From NCBI GenBank assembly GCA_964442615.1, contig CAYUAG010000009.1:1-58794 (forward strand): a stretch of DNA of 58,794 nt, read 5' to 3'. Both the position numbers and the translations under genes were made by a program. Shown here piece by piece: positions 1 through 7,974 of the stretch (within the stretch, counting starts at the first letter, position 1; each line of letters begins with the position of its first letter). The notes under the pieces were generated by a model, which made no database searches, was not told the DNA's origin, and was given only the letters and a program-made list of their open reading frames with translations. Source of the stretch: an uncultured bacterium (GTDB lineage Bacteria > Zhuqueibacterota > QNDG01 > CAYUAG01).

Positions 1-3
1 AAA

Positions 4-1527
4 ATGAGAATTAATGAAGATGGAAAGATGGAAACATTTAATATACTATTTAGTAATCTTGATCACTTTGAGGATAAAGAAGAAAAACGAATTTTAGTGA
101 GATATTATTATTGGCCTGATGATAGTATTATAATAAGTCCAGAAACTGAGGTAAAATATCCAATGCAATCCAAAATAGACCGTAAAAATTTTGTTACCTT
201 AGATTATGCAGGGCTATATAATATATCAACTCCACAAGGAATATGTGAAAGCCCTTTTGATCAAAAATATTTTATGAATTATTATTTATATTCAAATACT
301 GACAGATTTAATGATAATGATGTAGTCAAACATTTCGACAACGGAAGAAGCTTTTATACTGGTTATACTTTCTTTCACGATTATGAATTTTCATATACTA
401 ATACCTTGAAAATAATAGGTATTTCTCCTGTTTATGAAATCTGTAATCAGAAGGGTATTAGTATTACAGAAAATGTTTTTAACTATAATGAAGAAGATAT
501 TAATGATGATCAAATTATTGATATACCTGTATTAGAATTATTTCAAATCATTTCTTCAGGGCGAATTGTCACCAATGTAATTCCCGGTAAAGGAAATTTT
601 GTACAATTTAAACTGTATGATGAGAAAAATAATATTGATAAAGTTCACACAAGTCTGATATATAATAATGGTAAAGAGATAAGATTATTTACTGAAAAGG
701 TATTTGGAAGTGAATTCTATAAAGCTGAAATCCCATCAGATTTACCTAATGAGTTTATTGATGTGATAATATCTGTAAAAGATAGTATGAAATCAACTAC
801 GTCCTTTATTGCTTCTCCCGGTTTTTATTATGGGGAACCCGATAATATTTCATATGAAAACAGAATACATCTAATGAAATATGACATGATAAATGGAGAA
901 AAGTTTCAGTTTGATAATTTTAAAATAAACGACACCTTGAAATTTCAATTAAACTATCAGAATATCGGAAATGTTGCTGCAGAAGAAGTTAATTGGTATT
1001 TTCCACAAAATTATTTTTTTAATCCTGTAAATAATAAAATAAAATTGACAAGGAATTTAGAACCCGGTGATTCATGTTTAATAAACTTAGATTTAGTAAT
1101 TAAAAGAAATAATACAAATGATACAACCTTTGCTTATTCCCCAAAAGTTAATTGGAAAATTAAAGAAAAACGATTTAGCAGAACTCATTCAGTTTTTAAT
1201 CAATATATAAAAATATCCAATCCTTCTGAACAAATACATATTCCTATAGAATATAAATTATGTGATAATTTCCCCAATCCCTTTAATAATAAAACAACTA
1301 TTCCTTTTCGGATAGTTGAAGATGATAAAGTAAAAATAGCAGTTTATAACATTCGAGGGCAACTGATTAAAACTTTAACAAATAGATTTTATGGAAAAGG
1401 ATACCATTCAGTTTCCTGGGATGGGAAAAATAAAAATGGAATCAATGTCAGTTCGGGGATTTATTTTTACCGTATGGATACTGAAAATGGCTTTAATAAA
1501 AATTTAAAAATGATATTATTAAAGTAG
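4..1527 (+). CDS. Secreted protein with C-terminal T9SS/Por-type sorting (FlgD-Ig-like) domain; probably 5'-truncated by the window edge
   Basis: C-terminus NFPNPFNNKTTIPF...IAVYNIRGQLIKTL...WDGKNKNGINVSSGIYFYRM...KMILLK matches the typical sorting-domain pattern. No signal peptide at the apparent start, and the ORF begins at base 4. Confidence 0.75.
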   Translation: MRINEDGKMETFNILFSNLDHFEDKEEKRILVRYYYWPDDSIIISPETEVKYPMQSKIDRKNFVTLDYAGLYNISTPQGICESPFDQKYFMNYYLYSNTDRFNDNDVVKHFDNGRSFYTGYTFFHDYEFSYTNTLKIIGISPVYEICNQKGISITENVFNYNEEDINDDQIIDIPVLELFQIISSGRIVTNVIPGKGNFVQFKLYDEKNNIDKVHTSLIYNNGKEIRLFTEKVFGSEFYKAEIPSDLPNEFIDVIISVKDSMKSTTSFIASPGFYYGEPDNISYENRIHLMKYDMINGEKFQFDNFKINDTLKFQLNYQNIGNVAAEEVNWYFPQNYFFNPVNNKIKLTRNLEPGDSCLINLDLVIKRNNTNDTTFAYSPKVNWKIKEKRFSRTHSVFNQYIKISNPSEQIHIPIEYKLCDNFPNPFNNKTTIPFRIVEDDKVKIAVYNIRGQLIKTLTNRFYGKGYHSVSWDGKNKNGINVSSGIYFYRMDTENGFNKNLKMILLK

Positions 1528-1540
1528 AGTTGTACCAGCC

Positions 1541-1563
1541 TCTCAGAGGTTCTGCCTCTGAGA
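1541..1563. repeat. REP-like hairpin, left of the RAYT remnant
   Basis: TCTCAGAGG-ttctg-CCTCTGAGA is a perfect 9-bp stem. An inverted related copy lies at 1957-1981. Confidence 0.65.
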
Positions 1564-1579
1564 CAAAGCACATAAAACC

Positions 1580-1993
1580 ATGACAACGAGAAACCATCAA
1601 TCACTCGAACAATTCGGTGGAACATATGCGATTACGACAACCGTAATGAGTTGGAAACATGTATTCATTAAAAAGAAATATTTAGACTATATTATTGATT
1701 CCTTTCATTTTTTCCAGAATCATAGAGATGTCTATACGGTTGTGTATTGTATAATGCCAAATTATATACATTGCGATGTAAAATTGATAGAATCGTATGC
1801 ATTCTTACGATAGAAACTGGACTATATTCATAATAATCCAATCCAAGATAAATGGAGAATTGTCGAGGATCCCTCTAAATATCAATACAGCAGTTGTAAC
1901 TATTATACGAATGGTGTGGATTGGAACGAACTGAGGATCGTTAACCTGTTTAATCTTTTCAGAGGCAGAGCCTTTGCGAGACCTGAAAGTTAG
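1580..1993 (+). pseudogene. REP-associated tyrosine transposase (RAYT, Y1/HUH family) pseudogene
   Basis: N-part TYAITTTV...W..VF...YCIMPNYIH has the HUH motif MPNHIH altered to MPNYIH. After an in-frame TAG at 1811-1813 the same frame continues KLDYIHNNPIQDKW...P..YQYSS..YY, the RAYT catalytic Tyr region. The middle of the protein appears deleted. Confidence 0.8.
1957..1981. repeat. Degenerate inverted REP-like copy, right of the RAYT remnant
   Basis: Its reverse complement tctcgcaaaggctctgcctctgaaa matches 1539-1563 cctctcagaggttctgcctctgaga at 20/25 positions. Confidence 0.6.
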
Positions 1994-2003
1994 GAAATGA
2001 AAA

Positions 2004-3692
2004 ATGTTAGAATCGATTCTAAAATCCTTAGTAGATACCGTTAATAAATATATTTGGGAATCACCGACCGAATTACCCTGGTTGGTGATTTTGCTTTTAG
2101 GGACAGGTATTTTTATCACATTCCGTATGGGGTGGATTAATGTGCGCTATTTCAAACATGCCATAGATGTCTTGCGTGGTCGATATGACAATCCTAAGGA
2201 TGAGGGGGATATCAATCATTTTCAAGCCCTCACCACAGCTCTTTCCGCTACCGTAGGTATTGGAAACATAGCTGGTGTAGCAACTGCCATTCACTATGGT
2301 GGACCTGGAACTATCTTCTGGTTGTGGGTCTCGGGGATTTTCGGTATGACATTAAAGTATGCTGAGTGTACCCTCTCTATGCATTATCGGATTTTTGATG
2401 AAAAGGGTAATGCTTCAGGTGGTCCCATGTACTATATAGAGCGAGGATTGGGAAAGGGATGGAAGTGGATGGCTGTGCTGTTTGCTGTTATGGCCGTCGT
2501 AGGCTCTTTTGGTACTGGAAACATGAATCAGTCGAATACAGTGGCTGTGAGTGCAGCTGCGGATTTCAATGCACCTGATTGGTTGGTTGGGCTCATTCTG
2601 GTAACTCTCGTTTCTCTGGTAATTTTGGGAGGGATTAGACGTATTGGATCTTTTTCTTCCAAATTAATGCCTACAATGGCTGTGATTTATATTTTAGGTG
2701 CATTGTATATTCTTTTTATCCATCTGCCTGAACTACCTAATCTATTCATCACCATTGTCTCGGATGCATGGAAACCTAAGGCGGCATTTGGGGGTACGGC
2801 AGCGGGAATTTGGAATCTGACTCTTCTCTGGGGAATTAAGAGGGCTGTTTTTTCCAACGAAGCAGGCCAGGGGAGCGCACCCATCGCCCATGCGGCTGCT
2901 AAGACAAAGGAGCCAGTGAGAGAGGGGGTATTAGCTATGATAGGTCCATTCGTTGACACCCTCATTATTTGTACTTTAACAGGTTTAGTGATTGTTGTGA
3001 CTGGTGTTTGGAATCAGAAGAAAGAGGATTTTCGGTTTCTCAATGCCAATAAAATTGAGATTTTTGCCGATCCTGGTTTTGCAGTGGATGATAACTACTT
3101 ACATGGGGAAAATGTTGTCCCTCTATCACCCTTTTCTGGAACGACACAGGTTGATAGTGGAAAGGCCCTTGGTGTGCTGTTTGTGGTGGATGATGGTTTC
3201 ATTGAAAATTCAGTCCTTATTAAGGAAGGAAAACCTTATACAGGAATGTTCAGGTTGAAAGGTACCGTCATTAAGGACGGAAAGGATAAAACCCTTAAGC
3301 TAAACATACAGGGCAAGATGCTACAACACAGCTCAGCCCTGACAGCATGGGCTTTCCAGAAAGGATTCATGGATATTGGTGGATTTGGGAATTATATTGT
3401 AACTATTTCTGTATTTCTGTTTGCCCTTTCTACCATCATTTCATGGTCGTATTACGGGGATCGCTGTATTGAGTACCTTTTCGGTGTAAAGTATGTTGTG
3501 TTGTATCGCATCATTTATATTTGTTTTGTTTATTTAGGTGCTGTTCTTGCCTTGGAAACGGTGTGGGCTTATGGGGACATGGCATTAGGTCTGATGATTG
3601 TGCCAAATCTGATTGCTGTGCTGCTCCTATCTCCTAAGCTGGTTCCTTTAACTAAAGACTACTTCTCCAGGAAGCATAAGAGATTTAAATGA
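2004..3692 (+). CDS. Alanine/glycine:cation symporter (AGCS family) with a soluble insertion of roughly 100 aa
   Basis: Motifs ALSATVGIGNIAGVATAI, GGPG..FW.W, GGPMYYI, FSNEAGQGSAPIAHAAAKT, SWSYYG; multiple TM segments. Confidence 0.93.
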   Translation: MLESILKSLVDTVNKYIWESPTELPWLVILLLGTGIFITFRMGWINVRYFKHAIDVLRGRYDNPKDEGDINHFQALTTALSATVGIGNIAGVATAIHYGGPGTIFWLWVSGIFGMTLKYAECTLSMHYRIFDEKGNASGGPMYYIERGLGKGWKWMAVLFAVMAVVGSFGTGNMNQSNTVAVSAAADFNAPDWLVGLILVTLVSLVILGGIRRIGSFSSKLMPTMAVIYILGALYILFIHLPELPNLFITIVSDAWKPKAAFGGTAAGIWNLTLLWGIKRAVFSNEAGQGSAPIAHAAAKTKEPVREGVLAMIGPFVDTLIICTLTGLVIVVTGVWNQKKEDFRFLNANKIEIFADPGFAVDDNYLHGENVVPLSPFSGTTQVDSGKALGVLFVVDDGFIENSVLIKEGKPYTGMFRLKGTVIKDGKDKTLKLNIQGKMLQHSSALTAWAFQKGFMDIGGFGNYIVTISVFLFALSTIISWSYYGDRCIEYLFGVKYVVLYRIIYICFVYLGAVLALETVWAYGDMALGLMIVPNLIAVLLLSPKLVPLTKDYFSRKHKRFK

Positions 3693-3919
3693 GAAGAGGG
3701 GATGATTTGATCATCATTACTTAAGATCTATTTCTAGAGATAAAACATGAGTGAGTTTCCAGTTTCACATTCTTTAACTCTGATTTTTTCCTAGAATAGT
3801 ATGAATAATCAGCCCAAGATTTTCATATTAAACTGATGATTGAAGAAGCTCTGCAGAGATTGAAAAAATTCAGATCAAACAAAATTTAAGGTTAATCAAA
3901 TAATAAAAAAGAACCGGAT

Positions 3920-5251
3920 ATGCAGATTTTATTCGAACTAATAAAGAAGATCGCAGATTTTATCTGGGGTCCTCAAATGCTCATTTTTATTTTAGGGAGC
4001 GGTCTTTATTTTTCTTTTCGTTTGAAGGGTATTCAATTTACTAAATTTGTGCAGGCTCTGAAATCATTATATAAATCCAAAGAAGAAACTGGAGAAGGAA
4101 ATATCACTTCTTATCAGGCATTAATGTCAGCTCTTTCAGGAATTATTGGTAATGGAAACATTGCAGGTGTAGCTACAGCCATTGCGGTTGGTGGTCCAGG
4201 TGCTGTTTTTTGGATGTGGATATCTGCAATTCCCATGATGGCTACCATGTATTCGGAATCTTTGCTGGGTTTTAAATATCGGCAAAAGGATAAAGACGGC
4301 ACTTTTCTTGGTGGTCCCATGGTTTATATTCAAAAGGGTCTGCGGTGGAAGTGGCTGGCAGTCTCTTTTGCACTTTCTATGGCATTAAAAACCCTGATCG
4401 CCACAACTTCGATTCAATCAAACTCCATGTCCATTGTATTGAACAATCAGTTCAACATACCTCATCTTTATTCCTGTATTGTGATTGCTTTTCTGGTTTG
4501 GTTGGTTATCATCGGTGGTTTGAAAACTATAGCTAAAACCGCTGAATTTCTTTCACCCTTTATGACACTGTTTTATATTGCTGGGGGTTTTTTGGTAATT
4601 TTTTTGAGCGCAGATAGACTCGGATTTGTGTTTCGAGACATTTTTGTCTATGCATTTACGACTAAAGGAGTAGTAGGGGGATTTGCGGGTGCTAGTATGC
4701 TTATGGCACTGCGTTACGGTGCTGCTCGGGGGGCCTATAGCAATGAAGCAGGAACCGGATCAGTAGCCATTATGCACGCCACTGCCAAGACAGATGATCC
4801 CATACGGCAGTCTCTCATTGCCATGATAGGAGTTTTTATAGATACCATTTTATGTACTATCACAGCTTTAGTCATTCTCACAGCAAATATCTGGACCAGC
4901 AGTTTGAACAGCACCGCCCTTGCATCAGCGAGTTTTTCATCCAAATTTGTGTATGGTCACTGGATTGTTCTGGCTGCATCGCTTTTATTTGGCTATTCAA
5001 CTCTTATCACCTGGTGTTTTTATGGTGAACAGAGTGCAGCCTATCTTTTTGGTGATAAGATAAAAAAAAGCTACCGTTGGTTGTTTTGTTTAGCTATATT
5101 AGTTGGAGCTACTCCTGATGCAGAGAAGATATGGAGTATGGGTGATCTGTTAAATGGAATGACAGTCATTATTAATCTTATTGGTATTGTCGCCTTGAGT
5201 TCTGTAGTTATACGATCAACCTTTAGTCGATTTATGGAGAGGAGGAAGTAA
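3920..5251 (+). CDS. Alanine/glycine:cation symporter (AGCS family)
   Basis: Motifs GNGNIAGVATAI, GGPGAVFWMW, GGPMVYI, SNEAGTGS..I.HA.AKT, W.FYGE. Confidence 0.93.
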   Translation: MQILFELIKKIADFIWGPQMLIFILGSGLYFSFRLKGIQFTKFVQALKSLYKSKEETGEGNITSYQALMSALSGIIGNGNIAGVATAIAVGGPGAVFWMWISAIPMMATMYSESLLGFKYRQKDKDGTFLGGPMVYIQKGLRWKWLAVSFALSMALKTLIATTSIQSNSMSIVLNNQFNIPHLYSCIVIAFLVWLVIIGGLKTIAKTAEFLSPFMTLFYIAGGFLVIFLSADRLGFVFRDIFVYAFTTKGVVGGFAGASMLMALRYGAARGAYSNEAGTGSVAIMHATAKTDDPIRQSLIAMIGVFIDTILCTITALVILTANIWTSSLNSTALASASFSSKFVYGHWIVLAASLLFGYSTLITWCFYGEQSAAYLFGDKIKKSYRWLFCLAILVGATPDAEKIWSMGDLLNGMTVIINLIGIVALSSVVIRSTFSRFMERRK

Positions 5252-5432
5252 AAGTTTTAAAATTGTATACCCAATCAAATTGAGTACAGGCCCTGTTCCG
5301 TAATTTGAATAAAAAATTAAGCAGTACTATTTCTGCTTTAGAAGGAATGACAGTATTAAAGTACTTTCTGGATGGTTTTTAGGAGTAAAATTGTAAATAA
5401 AATTAAATAATTTAAATGGAGGAATATGATTA

Positions 5433-6818
5433 ATGTCTAAAGATAGAGGAAGTTTTAGTAAAATGGGGTTTATTTTGGCTGCTGCTGGATCAGCAGTAGG
5501 ATTAGGAAATCTGTGGAAGTTTCCTTATATCGCATGGCATAATAATGGTGGGTCGTTTGTACTGATTTATTTGATCAGTGTTGTCATTATAGGCTGGCCG
5601 ATCATGATGGCTGAAATCGTGATTGGGCGGAATACACAGAGGAGTCCAGTTCCCGCATTTGAGAAGCTGGGTGGGAAAAAATGGAGTTTCGCCGGCTGGT
5701 TGGGAGTCATCACGGGCCTAGTCATCCTCGGATACTATAGCATCATCGCCGGTTGGACGATTACTTCGTTTACATCCTGTCTAAAATGGAGTTTTACGGG
5801 ATATATCATTCAGCCCGAAGGCTCATTTGATCATTTCATCGGTAATGGACCGCTCCAACTTTTACTCTCCTTTATCTTTATAGCAATTACCGCCGTCATT
5901 ATTTGGAAGGGTGTCAAAAAGGGGATCGAGCGTACCACTCGGATCTTAATGCCGATACTCTTCTTGATTATCATTTATCTGGTCATAATGGTCCAGTTTT
6001 TACCAGCACGTGCTGAGACTTTTCGGTTTTTATTTCGTCCCAACTTCGCAGATTTGCCAATTACAGGAATACTCGAAGCAGTTGGTCATGCATTTTTCAC
6101 GCTCTCTTTGGGGATGGGCGCAATGATTACCTATGGGTCGTATATGGACCGCAAAGAATCCATCCAACGGAATGCGGCCGTGGTTGTGTTTTTAGATACA
6201 TTAATAGCCATTTGTGCCTGTATCATCATGTATACGATTATCTTCTCAGCACCGAGTATCAAAGAGAGTATTTCTGGCTCCACAATAGGAATGCTGTTTA
6301 TCACACTTCCCAACTTATTATATACTCAAATTCCTTTTGGGGCGGCTGTTGCTCCTGCATTTTACATTCTTGTGGGATTTGCTGCCTTGTCTTCGACTAT
6401 TTCTTTACTGGAAGTCATTGTATCACTCTTGATTGATAAATTGAATTTTAATCGTCACAAGGCAACCCTGATCGGCGCCATCTCGGCTTATGTGGTTTCA
6501 ATTTTTGCAGCACTCTCTCTGGGTGCCATATCAGGCTTATCCGATTTTAGGATATTTGGCGAAGGTAAGGAGGGTGTACTGAGTACGCTGGACCATCTGG
6601 CGGCAAACTGGATGTTACCTATAGGGGGCTTTTTTATTACAATTTTTGTGGGCTGGTTTTTAGATAAAAAAATATGTCAGGCAGAACTCGGTTTGTTTAA
6701 GCCTGGCGGGATATCAAAAATAATCTATACAGTATTCCGTTTTTTTATTAAATATCTTGCTCCTATTGCGATTTTAGCGGTCATCATCGCTATCATTCTG
6801 GGTAAGGACTTCAGTTAG
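5433..6818 (+). CDS. Sodium-dependent transporter, NSS/SNF (LeuT-like) family
   Basis: Motifs GFILAAAGSAVGLGNLWKFPY, GGSFVLIY, AFFTLSLGMGAMITYGSY. RBS GGAGG upstream. Confidence 0.95.
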   Translation: MSKDRGSFSKMGFILAAAGSAVGLGNLWKFPYIAWHNNGGSFVLIYLISVVIIGWPIMMAEIVIGRNTQRSPVPAFEKLGGKKWSFAGWLGVITGLVILGYYSIIAGWTITSFTSCLKWSFTGYIIQPEGSFDHFIGNGPLQLLLSFIFIAITAVIIWKGVKKGIERTTRILMPILFLIIIYLVIMVQFLPARAETFRFLFRPNFADLPITGILEAVGHAFFTLSLGMGAMITYGSYMDRKESIQRNAAVVVFLDTLIAICACIIMYTIIFSAPSIKESISGSTIGMLFITLPNLLYTQIPFGAAVAPAFYILVGFAALSSTISLLEVIVSLLIDKLNFNRHKATLIGAISAYVVSIFAALSLGAISGLSDFRIFGEGKEGVLSTLDHLAANWMLPIGGFFITIFVGWFLDKKICQAELGLFKPGGISKIIYTVFRFFIKYLAPIAILAVIIAIILGKDFS

Positions 6819-6862
6819 TTTCTAGGATATTTTGAAACAAGTATGTTCCCATCATAGGTCAT

Positions 6863-7362
6863 GGATCCGGCGTGATGTTTATCACCCCGCTTAGTCCTTT
6901 TTGCTAAGATGCCGGGCGGTTCGATTTTTGGATCCTTTTTTTCTACTCCTTTCAATAGCAGCTCTTACTTCTACAATTTCCATACTAGAAGTACCTGTTG
7001 CCTATTTAATTGATGAAAAAAAGTGGAAGAGAAAAAAGGCAGCTTTACTCATCGGTTCCATTGCTTTTGTTATTGGAATTTGTTCAGCTCTTTCTAATGG
7101 CGGCTCTGAATTTTTTTCTAATTTGCCTATTATTAACATTGGTTTTCTAGATCTATGGAATAAAATATGGGGTAATGTTGCTCTAAGTATAGGCGCCTTA
7201 TTAGAGGCAATATTTGTTGCTTATATTTGGAAAACTCATAAGGCAGTAAAAGAAATTGAGTTGGGAACAAAGAGATTTACTTTAGCAAAGCCCTGGAGTA
7301 TCTTAATTAAGTATATTGCTCCTGTGCTTATTACCTTAATTTTAATCGGCTATTTTATTTAA
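6863..7362 (+). pseudogene. 3' remnant of a second NSS-family transporter
   Basis: ORF 6901-7362 has LSIAALTSTISILEV and ends like the upstream NSS protein. The preceding NSS motifs GSGVMFITP (frame starting 6863) and FAKMPGGSIFGSFF (frame starting 6900) are in two other frames. The N-terminal two-thirds are absent. Confidence 0.8.
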
Positions 7363-7363
7363 C

Positions 7364-7579
7364 ATGTGTATTATTATCGAAATTTTCCTAATAACCATCA
7401 TTATTTTGATTAGTTGTTCTACTGATATCAGTGAGCAGATTAACCTAACTTTAGTTTTGAATAATCGAATTATTATTGATAGTGATACAGTCTGGTTCAA
7501 CCAAGTTAATACATTGTTAGAAAAAATTGGTATTAGTTCTAAAAAATCTATTACTATTTGGTCATCTGAAACAATATAG
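7364..7579 (+). CDS. Small hypothetical protein, possible lipoprotein fragment
   Basis: Hydrophobic N-terminus followed by LISC, resembling a lipobox. Short and with no recognisable family. Confidence 0.3.
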   Translation: MCIIIEIFLITIIILISCSTDISEQINLTLVLNNRIIIDSDTVWFNQVNTLLEKIGISSKKSITIWSSETI

Positions 7580-7677
7580 ATGAAGAGTATATACTATATA
7601 AGGAAAAAATAATAAATTATGGTGGTGAAAAAGTCACATTTAAGTCAATAAAAAATGAATAAATTTTTTAAGGAAAC

Positions 7678-7707
7678 TTGACATTTGTATAGATTTATAT
7701 ATATTAT
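7678..7707 (+). promoter_or_regulatory. Sigma70-type promoter for tRNA-Met
   Basis: TTGACA at 7678-7683 and TATTAT at 7702-7707 (18-bp spacer), 16 bp before the tRNA. Confidence 0.65.
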
Positions 7708-7723
7708 AGATACCAATTTATAT

Positions 7724-7796
<73 letters not shown>

Positions 7797-7974
7797 CTAT
7801 TTTTTAAATATTTTTATATCACATAAGCCTTTTTTCCTTGATTTAATAATTAGCATTCAATATATTAATAATGATTTATTATTATTAAACCATTGATTTT
7901 TTATAATATGTATTTTGGTTGTCAATAAATTATTATTAAATAAAATTATTTTTTATTATTAACCAGGGCATACC

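Noticed and set aside
1250-1527. FlgD-like Ig motif (WDGKN..G) in the first ORF as another flagellar gene
   Set aside because: It is part of the PNPFN...GIYFYR C-terminal sorting domain of secreted proteins and lacks the FlgD N-terminal region.
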